Source of the DNA: Tubiluchus corallicola
Taxonomy: Eukaryota > Animalia > Priapulida
Direction: 5' to 3'
NCBI GenBank assembly: GCA_030141605.1
Contig: JAQGDQ010000509.1
Location: forward strand, 95,511-159,510
Length of the DNA: 64,000 nt
The position numbers and the translations under genes were made by a program. This document shows, in pieces, positions 24,114-34,616 of the stretch. Below the pieces are notes generated by a model. It did not search any database and was not told the DNA's origin. It saw only the letters and a list, made by a program, of their open reading frames with translations. Within the stretch, counting starts at the first letter, position 1. Every line of letters starts with the position of its first letter.

Positions 24114-24482
24114 TGAGAGAGAAGGAAAGGCAGAATGTCAACAGACACATACTTGTTGCGTACACCAGGCACATGACGGGTAAGTTCCAGAGATGCACTC
24201 TGTGCAACTATTAGATAATGCAGCACAATCTCCAATTACCTCCACTACCTGTTGTGGTTGTGCCAACTTACACAAGCATGACAGCATACAAATTATGAAA
24301 GTCTTTACCTGCAAGAACCTTTTTAAATTATGAAAGCATGCTTCTTTCAGACTTTGTCAGATGTTCTAAATAAAGCAACTCTTCAGTACAAACAATGTAT
24401 AATGTACAAAAACACAAATAAGATAACCACCAATACTGAACAACAACTCAATTAATAACAAAATTATATACCATAATTTCAC
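8820..24482 (-). CDS. ITGB: Integrin beta subunit (beta1/betaPS-like), 19 coding exons, ~790 aa
   Basis: PSI, hybrid, betaI ([20 protein letters not shown]), 4 Cys-rich I-EGF, beta-tail, TM, cytoplasmic [10 protein letters not shown] and two NPxY motifs; all junctions GT-AG and in phase; 5'-most exon uncertain. Confidence 0.95.
9099..9620. repeat. Intronic tandem repeat, 132-bp unit, ~3.9 near-identical copies
   Basis: TAGAACTAACTG recurs at 9101, 9233, 9365 and 9497. Confidence 0.95.
10204..10387 (-). CDS. ITGB: Integrin beta exon: transmembrane + membrane-proximal tail
   Basis: [61 protein letters not shown]. Confidence 0.95.
10680..10770 (-). CDS. ITGB: Integrin beta exon (beta-tail)
   Basis: [29 protein letters not shown]; GT-AG, in phase. 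Confidence 0.9.
11516..11645 (-). CDS. ITGB: Integrin beta exon (beta-tail)
   Basis: [31 protein letters not shown]... Confidence 0.9.
12434..12544 (-). CDS. ITGB: Integrin beta exon (I-EGF4)
   Basis: [37 protein letters not shown]. Confidence 0.9.
13328..13437 (-). CDS. ITGB: Integrin beta exon (I-EGF3)
   Basis: [36 protein letters not shown]. Confidence 0.9.
13712..13793 (-). CDS. ITGB: Integrin beta exon (I-EGF2/3)
   Basis: [27 protein letters not shown]. Confidence 0.9.
13969..14041 (-). CDS. ITGB: Integrin beta exon (I-EGF2)
   Basis: [24 protein letters not shown]. Confidence 0.9.
14501..14640 (-). CDS. ITGB: Integrin beta exon (I-EGF1)
   Basis: [31 protein letters not shown]... Confidence 0.9.
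15095..15244 (-). CDS. ITGB: Integrin beta exon (hybrid domain)
   Basis: [13 protein letters not shown]...[15 protein letters not shown]. Confidence 0.9.
15575..15843. mobile_element. Degenerate hAT-like MITE
   Basis: TIRs CAGGACTGTCTTAA / TTAAGATGGTTCTA; flanks CAAAAACT / GAAAAATT (6/8 match) consistent with an eroded 8-bp TSD. Confidence 0.5.
16019..16153 (-). CDS. ITGB: Integrin beta exon (hybrid domain)
   Basis: [11 protein letters not shown]...[10 protein letters not shown]. Confidence 0.9.
17064..17249 (-). CDS. ITGB: Integrin beta exon (betaI C-terminal part)
   Basis: DYPSVGQL...IIFAVT...[17 protein letters not shown]. Confidence 0.95.
17895..18053 (-). CDS. ITGB: Integrin beta exon (betaI)
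   Basis: [41 protein letters not shown]...; AAG acceptor. Confidence 0.95.
18151..18465. mobile_element. Tc1/mariner(pogo)-type MITE
   Basis: TIRs CAGTAAAATTTGCTTAATAAATCCA / TGGATTTATTGAGCGGAGTATACTG flanked by TA on both sides. Confidence 0.75.
18783..19960 (-). mobile_element. Possible decayed, internally deleted hAT transposon
   Basis: Weak TIR-like ends; broken minus-strand peptides resembling a BED finger (SPIRDF...SNLMH) and a hAT dimerisation-like W-W patch; heavily degenerate. Confidence 0.3.
20227..20313 (-). CDS. ITGB: Integrin beta exon (betaI)
   Basis: [29 protein letters not shown]. Confidence 0.95.
21037..21233 (-). CDS. ITGB: Integrin beta exon (betaI, specificity-determining loop)
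   Basis: [20 protein letters not shown]...[12 protein letters not shown]. Confidence 0.95.
22825..22956 (-). CDS. ITGB: Integrin beta exon (MIDAS)
   Basis: [21 protein letters not shown]. Confidence 0.95.
23328..23526 (-). CDS. ITGB: Integrin beta exon (PSI/hybrid)
   Basis: [12 protein letters not shown]...GC...[14 protein letters not shown]. Confidence 0.9.
24020..24130. repeat. (GA)n / GAGAA microsatellite
   Basis: Direct inspection. Confidence 0.95.
24153..24244 (-). CDS. ITGB: Integrin beta exon (PSI domain); acceptor uncertain (24244 or 24308)
   Basis: [30 protein letters not shown]; donor GTATGT at 24152. Confidence 0.85.
24431..24482 (-). CDS. ITGB: Putative integrin beta signal-peptide exon, apparently starting at GTG
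   Basis: (V/M)[16 protein letters not shown] + phase-1 donor that joins in frame to 24244 giving ...FSIVEVIG-DC; both splice sites weak and no in-frame ATG. Confidence 0.45.
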
Positions 24483-25789
24483 TCGATAATGAGGACCAGT
24501 TTTCTCGTTGCGACACTTTGATTTGCTATTGTAATTGGAAGTCTTCTTGCACCTCAAAGCCGTGCTTCCCGGGATTGATTTTAATTACATTACCTGTTTA
24601 CAGATAACACAAGTACAAAAAGCAAAAACAGTAAAATAATCAAACCAGTTTTACTGCTAACCTTGTAAAATTTTCAAAATTCAAAAAGTGCAGAACATGT
24701 TTGACAACGTATTTTTCAATAAATTCGTGACTTTTGACCAACATCAACATTTTCTATAAGCTATAGTCATATTATAATTTTCTAATATTTTTAATTGCAA
24801 GAATTAATTCCAGTAAAACCATGTACAGGTATACTACTTCATTTGCACCTATTTGCAGACAACTGACGGCACAATAAAGAATTAAAGGTGATAAATTATT
24901 ATGAAATTATGGTATAATGAACAATAAATTGAGACAGATGTATCTTTCTAGTAAGTTTAATTATTCAAGTTATATACGGTAAAAAAATTCAGACTTTTGC
25001 CAAAAAAAGGTTAGCTCACTTGGTATATGCAGCACATCTTTAGAGCTGTTTTTTCATGTCAGCAGCAAAGCCAAAAAGGTAACCGTTGAATATTCTGTAT
25101 ATTCAAATATATTCTGTATTGGTTTTTTATCTGCAAAAATCCCCGATGAAGCAAATTTAACTAAGTAAGAGCGGCAAAAAGCAGACTACAAAAATGTCAG
25201 CGATACCTACCATCAAATACAATAGCCTGTCTTAAAAAGTTGCAATGATTTTAGTACAAGTTTGCCAAGTTTAACCGTATAAACTTAAGTTTTCAAGCTA
25301 TGCAATTAGTGAAAATCAAAGAATAACATACTTTTCCATGTTATCGGTTCACAATAGCAAGTACAAGACACAGCAGCAAATACACACCAGATTAACACAG
25401 GATTTCCTTTTCCTGCCTAATTACTCAGCCAAAAATTTATTAAAAGGGAAAATCAGTTATGTGATATGGCACAAGCAAACAGGAAACAAGCAAAACAGTA
25501 GTAATAAGCTGCCTTACAAGCACAAAATCGAGATGTGATCAATTACAACACTAGAAGAAGAACACTATTGTAACTACATCTTATGAATCATGGAAGTACA
25601 TAAACATAAATAAAATTTAATATCACTTTGTTTCACAGAAATTTTCAAATAAAATTTCTGATGTGCCAATAAATATAATAAAAATTGCATCGCCAGCCAT
25701 CGCCAAGCACCTATTATACATAGTTAATTAAAAGCTACTTAGGTCATGATTCCTTGACATGTGTTAAGAAAGCTCATGTAACTCCAGTA

Positions 25790-27330
25790 CACAAAAAAAA
25801 ACGACAAAAAATCCACAAAATTAACGACCAATTTCTATTGTTCATTGTTTTGCCAAAATATTAGAAAAAGTAATGTATGAGCAAGACATTCGACAGCCTT
25901 GACCCTACTTTTTCAAAAGTTAAAACAAATTGGATTTGACAACTGTGGAGAAACTTAATAAATAACTATCTAACAAACCACTCTCAACAAGTAAAGTTAA
26001 ATCACAAATGGGGTAGCTGATTCGGTAACATCATGTTTTTTGTCACCCCCTCCCATTTTGATGGTTTATACTTGTATACAGACATGTTTGTTTTTATATC
26101 AGGGTTAAATAAATTTGATCTGATTTGACAAATATTTATCCACATGGGGTACCATAAAAAGAGCAGTACCTTCAAGGTACAACATTAGGGCCACTGTTAT
26201 TTATGATATAATGCTAATGATATGGATAAAGCTTAATAAAAAAGTAATATAATACAGTATGCAGATGATACAAGTCTGTGCATCTCTAATATAAAATTAG
26301 ATGATGCTGTTTCAAATTTAGAATATGATCTTGTGAGAATCAAATTAGCATTTAATTATCACAAACCAACAATGAATGAGACAAAAACAGAATTTACGGT
26401 AATTACATCCCAGTGATATTACCACATCCCAGTGATAATAACACATCTACAAAGGCAATCCATATAAATGGACACATAATAAAACAGTCAAAGTAAACAA
26501 AACAAAATTTCTAGGGATAATTGTAGATAATAACTTAAAATGGGACAAACAGACAAAACAGTTAGATAATGGGCATCAAAAATGTCAGCCGGCATAAGTT
26601 TCTTCAGACAGATTAGAGGACAGCTCAAAGAAAAAAATTAAATTATTAATCTATAAAACAATTGTTTTACCTCATTACACATATGGATGCTTGCTTTACA
26701 ACTACGCTTATTGTAGTTGGCCTATTCTATAGACAAAATCAACATCTTACAAAACTATGCTTTCCGTTTAGTCAGAGGATTCCACTCTAGAAAAGCACAT
26801 GAAAAACCAAAGCCTGAACATTCCAACAAATCAATTAAAACATTATTAAACATGCCTGTAATTGAGTCACACACTTAATATACTTCTATAAATATATAAT
26901 TAATATAAGTGTGTTATTCAAAAATCAAAATTTACCTTTAATGCCCAAACTTAACAAGAACAGCAGAACATTCAAATAAGAAAACAAATGTGGACATGAA
27001 AGCATTGCAACAGCAATTAACCTATGGAACAAACAAGACATAAATACTAAATCTGCTCCCACATTATATAATTATAAAAGAGCATTAAAACAAACTGTCA
27101 TGACCAAATATGAAAAAAACTATTAAACAAGATCAGTTAGTTCAAAGCAACCAACTCTACATTTATTCAAAACCGTGAAAAACTAATGTCAGTACTGGCA
27201 ATTATAAAATAGCATTGATGATTGTTAATAAAGATTATACTGATGATTGACTGTCTTATATGAACTGCATTGTTTGTAAGCCTATAGTATTCAACTATAT
27301 TGTATTATAATGTATTATTTTAACTTATTG
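25790..27330 (+). pseudogene. Decayed 5'-truncated LINE RT fragment related to the intact element at 3.5-8.1 kb
   Basis: Broken frames encode KTFDSLD, QGTTLGPLLF, QYADDT, KFLGIIVDNNLKWDKQ, YKTIVLPHYTYGC, QNYAFRLVRG, collinear with ORF2; stops and frameshifts. Confidence 0.85.
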
Positions 27331-27361
27331 CTTTGTATTGAATAGAAAAACGACCACACAA

Positions 27362-27576
27362 AATGATTGTGATTCTCATGTTTTCTCTATTGTAAAAAAC
27401 TCCCAAAAGCAGCTTATGATTGTGAATCTCATGTTTTCTCCATTGTAAAAAAAAACTCCCGAAAGCAGCTTATGATTGTGATTCTCATGTTTTCTCTATT
27501 GTAAAAAAACTCCTGAAAGCAGCTTATGATTGTGATTCTAATGTTTTCTATATTGTAAAAAGCTCCCAAAAGGAGC
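27362..27576. repeat. Minisatellite, ~54-bp unit x4
   Basis: ATGATTGTG recurs at 27363, 27416, 27472 and 27526. Confidence 0.9.
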
Positions 27577-28180
27577 TCAATCAATCAATGATTTTTATTT
27601 GTATTGTGATGATTTAATTAGTTAGCTTTTTAGTCTCAAATGATTAGTTTTTGTTTGATTTGTTCTAAGGTACTATCAAAACCTTTGCTTAGTAACTTTA
27701 CATGCTACTTTAAAACGCTATTGCCAAATAACAGTTTTTTACATGTGGTAAATTACTGGCATGTTAACTGGCAAGATCACTGCTTTATCAGAGGGAAAAA
27801 TTTTGTAAAAAGTGGATGTTTGACTGAGATCCCTCAGAATTAATAATTTAACAAACAAAGTGAAAAAAACAAAAAAAGCAAAGGAGAACACCAAAAAATT
27901 TATTTGCACTGTTTCTGTAAAACATTAGAGACATTACAGAATTTAAAAATGCTAATTTATTATTTTTCATTGATCAATATTACTTAATAATTGAGTTAAT
28001 CCTTTATTATAACTGACAAAATAGTTTTACACAGGTAACAGAGGGAATCCATATTATAACATATAAATGTCCTTTATTCACTCAGACATGAACAATAATC
28101 TATTTTGTTTGAAATAGCAGACTTTTTAACTCGTGGAGGTGCTAGTTTAGAAAATTTTTTAAAATGTTTTTATATTGTGT

Positions 28181-28220
28181 AACACACACACACGCACACA
28201 CACGCGCACACACACACACA
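28181..28220. repeat. (CA)n microsatellite
   Basis: Direct inspection. Confidence 0.9.
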
Positions 28221-28322
28221 TAGATATATATACTAGTCAATAAATGTTTTAAGAAGATTTTCCTCACTTTCTTAATTTCACCTTAATTTTATGTGCGTGA
28301 AAACCAATGCTCATTGCAAAAT

Positions 28323-29315
28323 TCAGGTCTTTGTAAATAAACCACAACTCGCTTTGTGCATATTAAGATTAGCCTGCTGTCTGAAAGCCTTGCGACAGAT
28401 ATCACAATGGAACGGCTTTTCGCCTGTATGAATCCTTATATGGTTTATCAGATGATCTTTGCGATGAAAAGATCTGCCACAGAAGCTACAGGTATACGGT
28501 TTGATTCCAGTGTGAGTTTTCTCATGCATGTTGACATGTGACTTTGTGCCGAATGTTTTGCTGCAAACTTTGCACTGATATCGGAGTTTCTGTATGCCTT
28601 GTTTCATTTCACTTGCTTTAGCTGGTCTAGAAGGACTAAAATGTTTGTCAGGTAAAGCAAATGCAGTTGTAACTGAACAAAGCACTGGTTGAGACATAAC
28701 AATACGTTCTGGTGATTTGGAATATTTGGTTAAGCTGCCAGTTACATTTATATGCTTATTCATTAGATGCTCACTTTCAACAAAACTTTTTTGAAAAGTT
28801 TTAGGTGGTGACTCCTCAATTACATAAAAATTAATTTTTTCATCATCTGACAATTGGCTAACTCGTACTACTTGACTGCCACCAAGTTCTGATGTATTAT
28901 TAGTACTACAACTGCTTATATTTGTACCAGCTTCACAAATTTCTGAGACCACTTCTTGGAGCAGAATCAAAGAAGACTCCTTGTTGGCACCTGTATCCGA
29001 TTCTTCAGTATCACAGGCATCTGATGATAGTTTTTCCACTTTTGTAATGTCTGCATGACTGCCTGCACATAACAGCAGTTTACAATGATGTTGTCTTATG
29101 TGCACTAAAAACCCTTCTAAGCAAGAAAAACATGCACAACAGCTTGTGCACCTATAATTTACTTCTGTTGTCTCAGCCTCTTCAGCAGTATTAAATCCTT
29201 CTGTGAGAAGCACCGTGTGATGATAAGTATGTGCATGCTCAAAAAAGGTATTTTCTTCCATAAATGACTGGCTGCAGGTGGTGCACTTATAGTAAACAAC
29301 CTGGTCAAATTCCAT
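28323..29315 (-). CDS. C2H2 zinc-finger protein, ~330 aa, single coding exon
   Basis: Three C-terminal fingers with TGIKP/TGEKP linkers (last is C2HC) plus two separated N-terminal fingers; acceptor TTTAG immediately upstream of 29325, 10 nt before ATG (MEFDQVVYYKC). Confidence 0.9.
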   Translation of the reverse strand: MEFDQVVYYKCTTCSQSFMEENTFFEHAHTYHHTVLLTEGFNTAEEAETTEVNYRCTSCCACFSCLEGFLVHIRQHHCKLLLCAGSHADITKVEKLSSDACDTEESDTGANKESSLILLQEVVSEICEAGTNISSCSTNNTSELGGSQVVRVSQLSDDEKINFYVIEESPPKTFQKSFVESEHLMNKHINVTGSLTKYSKSPERIVMSQPVLCSVTTAFALPDKHFSPSRPAKASEMKQGIQKLRYQCKVCSKTFGTKSHVNMHEKTHTGIKPYTCSFCGRSFHRKDHLINHIRIHTGEKPFHCDICRKAFRQQANLNMHKASCGLFTKT

Positions 29316-29568
29316 TACTGAAGACCTAAACATAAACAGCACGTAATAAAGTGTCAAAGGGCTTTAATAGATCCTTGAGCTTTACAAACAAACCAAAAAC
29401 AAATAGAATATATTTTAAGTATAATCAAAATAAAAAAAGTAAAAAAATTATAAATACGTATAAAGAGTTCACAGCAAACAAATAAATAAACAAATAGAAA
29501 TAGCCTAACAGTTATTTATAGTGATGATCTTTTACTTTTGTTCCATGCTTGAAACTTTGGGTCATAGG

Positions 29569-29916
29569 CAGGGCTCGATTATCCTATAGACTATTACCTA
29601 GGACAACTCAAGCTTTGGTAATAATTGGTAAAAAATCTGTTTTCACTATGGCTGTGTTGAAATATGTGCTGGTTTGCAATAAATAGTAAAATAGCAGCAT
29701 TTCTTAAAGAATACTTTTTATTGACAAACAAGATATAGCTATTCTAGTTTATTTAAATAATTTGCAATAAGATTACTTCAAGCTATATAAATGTGGCTTA
29801 AATATTCCACGAGTAAAAAATATGCAAGACGAGTGAGTTAAATGGTGGCTCCGTTTTGAAGGGTGACCCACAATTTCATTAGCCTAGAGGTCCGAAAAGA
29901 TCACAAGTCAGCCCTG
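29569..29916. mobile_element. hAT-superfamily MITE, 348 bp
   Basis: TIRs CAGGGCTCGA / TCAGCCCTG; exact 8-bp TSD GTCATAGG at 29561-29568 and 29917-29924. Confidence 0.85.
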
Positions 29917-30336
29917 GTCATAGGCAAAAGTAAGCAACCAAAATGTTTCAAAAACATTATAAAGTGAGTTTGCTTTGTTTATTTTTTCAACACACTTGAC
30001 CTAACTTGTTTTTCTGGAGTAGTTGAAAAACTTTAACAACTTTTATTTTATTTTTTGTTCGTTTTTCACTTATGTCTTATGATTTTGAGTGTGTTCAAAA
30101 TGATAGCAAACTACTGATTAAATTACTTCCAGTTATTCTGGTAATACTAATGCAATGGTGCTTTTTCATAAATAGGAGAGAGAAATTTGAGACATTTCAA
30201 TAAAACAAAATTAAACCAAATTTATTTTTCTCTTTGATAATTTATAATTATTAAAAAGCAACTAAAAATAGTTAGTGCATAGCTGCTCAAACAGATCTCG
30301 TGTGAGCGCACCTGTGAAATATGCTATATATATATA

Positions 30337-30748
30337 TATATAATTTAATGCAGTTAAATAAAAAACTCAGATTAAAAATATCTGCATATCAGCATTTTGG
30401 ACCAGGACGAACCCTTTACAATTTGTAAAGAATTTTGCACACTTTCCAATGTCTCAAAAATATGAATTTATTTCCAATCAGCTATTCGGTGAAAAAGATT
30501 TTTAAAACTGGATGATCAAAATTAATTATATTCAGTAATTTAGGCAAAGTACCAAAATTTGATATACAACATTTCTTAAATTTTCTTAGCATGTAAACGT
30601 GTATTGCATGAGGCATCTGGTATATTCGGCATATGATTAAATAAAACCAGTTCTATTACAGGCATACCAATCATCATTTTAGTTGTTAAAGAAAAGAACA
30701 AGTCACTCAGTACGTAGGGTTTATTTTATTGCTATCACATAAACTTAA
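30337..30748. repeat. ~400-bp dispersed direct repeat, copy 1 (flanked by TA runs)
   Basis: Closely similar to 32178-32567. Confidence 0.9.
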
Positions 30749-31769
30749 TATATATATATTAATTATTATTAAGGTATAGTAATATATACTTTATAATAAC
30801 TTTTTCAAAAGGTTTTTTACTAGAATGACAAACTCTCAACGACTTGAAACCAACAGTTACGAAACTTCTTGCTGTGTCCCGAAACGTCTAAATTCCAATT
30901 TTTCACACTTTTACTAGAAACGGACGCAGCAACCTTTGTATGCGAAAAATGGTGATTGCTCAGAGCCTTCTCGACCATAACATAGCAAGCCAGGTGGGAA
31001 CATCCCTGCATTACAAGTAATTGGTGAATGGTTATTGATTATTGGTAAATGCTGATTGATTATCTCTATAAAGTTTTTATCAGTGATTATCAATGTTTTT
31101 AATGGCAAATAAAGATTATTATATATATATATATATATATATGGTGAAAGGTACAAAACACCAATTCTTTTCTTGGCGCTTATTATTGCTGCTTTTTTTA
31201 AAGTTGCCACAACATTTTTTACTCTTCCTGGTATATGTAAAATGCCTTTCTTTAGATAACCATAATTTTATTATCATACCATAAGGTAATCAAATGTATA
31301 AAAGCACAAAGCAAAAGCCCCTGTTGACTGTTGAGGCAGTTATGGCAATTTCAGGGTCATTAAGTTTAACAGAGTTGTACTTTTGTAGTCATTTTTAAAT
31401 CAAGTATATTTATTGTACTTTTCGAAACTCTGTTGGCCTCATAATTAATTTCAGCCAGCTGGAGCCAGCCAATCAGTCAAAGGACTGGCCAAATGAAACA
31501 AACTCATGAACCAAATACTTGGGAGATTGGTTCAATGGCAAAAGTAATGATCAACTTGTTTGAAAAAACTAAAAACGAAAATGAAATTTATGGTCTCAGA
31601 GGTAATGAATATTGCTAACAAATCAAAAAAACTGGAACCAGGCCTACTGTCATAGCTATCACTTAATGCTGTATGAAAGGTATTTAAAAATGAAATTCAT
31701 TTATTTATAGAAAAACCATTAACACTAAAAAAAGAAACTATGGCAAAATTGTGATTAAAAAAAACTTAC

Positions 31770-31936
31770 CAAAGACAAATGTGTGTTTAAAAATGCAGAA
31801 TAGTTGAAATGAAAGATATTATGGCCATCAGGCTCAACATGATAGATTTCAAAAGTTTATATAAGGGGAATCTGCAATACTACTGAACACATTTTTAAAT
31901 GCAAGGCCGTGTGTCAACAAATGACATCTCTAACAC
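31770..31936 (-). other. Probable 5'-UTR exon of the zinc-finger gene, containing a uORF (MLSLMAIISFISTILHF*)
   Basis: Acceptor CCTTGCAG and donor GTAAGT; stops in all frames; a further strong donor AG|GTAAGC at 32753 may end exon 1. Confidence 0.35.
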
Positions 31937-32177
31937 TGCAAGGTACAAGCGAGTATCTCATAAAATTACCAATGATTAACATGTACGTTAACGAACTGTT
32001 GAAACGAAAAAATGTAATTAAAGACGGATGAACAGTAAATGCAAATATGATATAAAAGATATAGCCCATGATTCTGAAGCTGAGTCAGCTATGTCGCCTG
32101 TCTTGCAAACACTGCCACTGATGATGAAGCAGACCGAGTGTGTCCATGATAACGGATGTATCCACGAAATCAAGGTT

Positions 32178-32567
32178 TATATAATTTAATGCAGTTAGAT
32201 AAAAAACTCAGATTAAAAATATCTGCACATCAGCATTTTTGAGCAGAAGAACCCTTTACAATTTGTAAAGAATTTTGCACACTTTCCAGTGTCTCAAAAA
32301 TATGAATTCATTTCCAATCAACAATTCGGTGAATAAGATTTTTAAAACTGCATGATCAAAATTAATATTCAGTAATTTAGGCAAAATTTTATATTCAACA
32401 TTTCTTAGTACGTAAATATGTATTGCATGAGGCATCTGGTATATTCGGCATCTGATTAAATAAAACCAGTTCTATTACAGGCATACTAATCATCATTTTA
32501 GTTGTTAAAGGAAAGAACAAGTCACTCAGTACGTAGGGCTCATTTTATTGCTATCACATAAACTTAA
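32178..32567. repeat. ~400-bp dispersed direct repeat, copy 2
   Basis: Closely similar to 30337-30748 with small deletions. Confidence 0.9.
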
Positions 32568-33824
32568 AAATACAACAAAAATAGCAAAGAACTGCCTATA
32601 AAGCATAAATTTAAAATATACTACCTTTGAATAAAAATTTTCAGGCGTGGTGTTGCCTCCATTCACTTAAAAGTCATGACGTAACTTTGTGTCTTTTCGT
32701 ACGCGAGTTGTGTGCCTGTAAGCACTAAACCAATTCAACCTTCTGCAGCTTACCTAATGTTCACGGAGAAATATTACAAAATTAGCGATATAATTTTTTG
32801 CAAGAACTTATTATATTTTTGGTAAAGATAGATACTGCGCGTCATGGTAAAGACAAATGACATCATAGGAAGAAGAAAGGGTTCTGAAAATGGGACCGTG
32901 CAAGCATGAAGTGAATGCGACTTTAAAGTGATTTACCGAGTACACGATGTACTTATTGTAGTTTTATTACCAAATCCTTCTAACTTTTTTTGCAAAAACT
33001 GAAATAAGCCTAACCTCCTAGAAGGTTGGCCTTTCCTTTAACAACATAAAATGTGCACATATTTTAAGTCATAACCATGATTAGTATCATTAAACGACTA
33101 AAAAACACAGGTACAGTACATATATGGTACTTAAATTACCGTAAAATGACTGTTCTTTCAATTTCTAATTACCATAAACAAATTACACCAAGTAACATGT
33201 CTTGAACAAAAAGTATGTTACATCCAATGGATCTCTAGTATAAATTACTAAGTTATCATTGCACATAAAATAAATAATTATTATCTCCAATATGACTGTA
33301 ATTTTTTTAAACTTTTAAAAAGATACATTAGTATGTGTTTTTTAAAAGCACAAAAACTGGACTGTCTTTAACAAACTACATCATTTTTCATTGAAGATGC
33401 AAAGACAAATTTAATATACATATATTACCAAATCAAGGAATGCTTACTACAACTTGAAGGCCTTGAGGAGGCAGAATTCCAAAATACAAAAAACTGCCCT
33501 CACAACTTGTAAACGCAGTTGTTAATCCAGGAAACACAAGACAGTGGCTTGTCAAAACCACTTTCGAGCAAAATTATGAATAACTATGGCCATGGCCAAG
33601 ATTTCTTTCATAAAATTTGCAAAGAAAAACAAAAGTTATATACTTGCCTTATCACAGTCCATTTCTAAAATGAAACAAATGACATTCATAAGCAACAATA
33701 CAAATAATAGACAAATATTAATGATATGGAACCTCTAATTTTTGGCGACATCTTTATTAAAGACTAAACTTGTTTTCGATATGCAAAATAACTAAAATCA
33801 TAAAACAATAATCACATGTCGTCA

Positions 33825-34616
33825 TCATAATTCATCTTTTTGATTTGAACTATCAGTTTGCTGGTGATCGTTAGGCTGATCATCACTTACAGAGTTTTCG
33901 TTCTCATTCACAACATCACTCAATTTTTCAAGAACAGCATCTTTCATTTCATCAAAGACCTTATTCATATCTTTGCCTAGTTTAACTGAAACTGTCTCTT
34001 CAACTCCAGGCTGCACCATAATCTTAAAATGTATTTTGCCATCCTGATCTGATGGCAAATCATCTTTGTGAGTTTTAAGTATTGTCTCTATGTCTTGATG
34101 CACAGTATCATATGTGACTTCACTTTCATGTTCAGTACTGCCGACATTTTGAACTAAGCCATTGCCTTTACCACTAGTTTTAACTTTTGACAGTTCAGAG
34201 TCTGACTGTTGTTCTTTCAAATGGGCTGGAACATCTGGATAAACACCCATTGGTTTAGCATTTTTTATAAAATCAATAATACTTTCCTGATGTGTGTGCG
34301 TTAATACTTTATCACCACCAAGTATAACGTCAAACAAGCGTATTAAGGCTACTAAGTGATCTCTTTGATCAGGCAGGTTTGCGATATTCGTGTAAGTTTC
34401 AACCTTATCCTGCATTTCAAGGATAAGCTGGAATTTCTCCAAAGTTTGCATTTCTTCTTTTTCTTTGCCTTGTTTTTCATTTTGAAACAAGTTAGACTTT
34501 ACAAACTTTCGAGTAACATCAAACATTTTGAAGTGAATGCGGCGTACATTATCAGCATTTCTCTCTATATTGATGATGCTCTGAATTTTACCACTTTGCT
34601 CAATGTTTGTCCGTAC
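33825..34616 (-). CDS. EDEM3: EDEM3 terminal exon (263 aa, ends KDEL)
   Basis: Acceptor TTTTTATAG, phase 0 matches donor at 39755; frame open from [10 protein letters not shown] to SSNQKDEL*. Confidence 0.8.
   Translation of the reverse strand, partial: VRTNIEQSGKIQSIINIERNADNVRRIHFKMFDVTRKFVKSNLFQNEKQGKEKEEMQTLEKFQLILEMQDKVETYTNIANLPDQRDHLVALIRLFDVILGGDKVLTHTHQESIIDFIKNAKPMGVYPDVPAHLKEQQSDSELSKVKTSGKGNGLVQNVGSTEHESEVTYDTVHQDIETILKTHKDDLPSDQDGKIHFKIMVQPGVEETVSVKLGKDMNKVFDEMKDAVLEKLSDVVNENENSVSDDQPNDHQQTDSSNQKDEL

Noticed and set aside
23909-24235. Leu/Ser- and Arg/Glu-rich ORFs
   Set aside because: Produced by the (GA)n microsatellite.
31770-31840. MLSLMAIISFISTILHF as the integrin signal-peptide exon
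   Set aside because: In-frame TAA precedes the donor; treated as a uORF.
33825-34526. Stand-alone 233-aa orphan gene
   Set aside because: No signal peptide despite KDEL; frame extends to an acceptor in phase with EDEM3, so it is better explained as its last exon.
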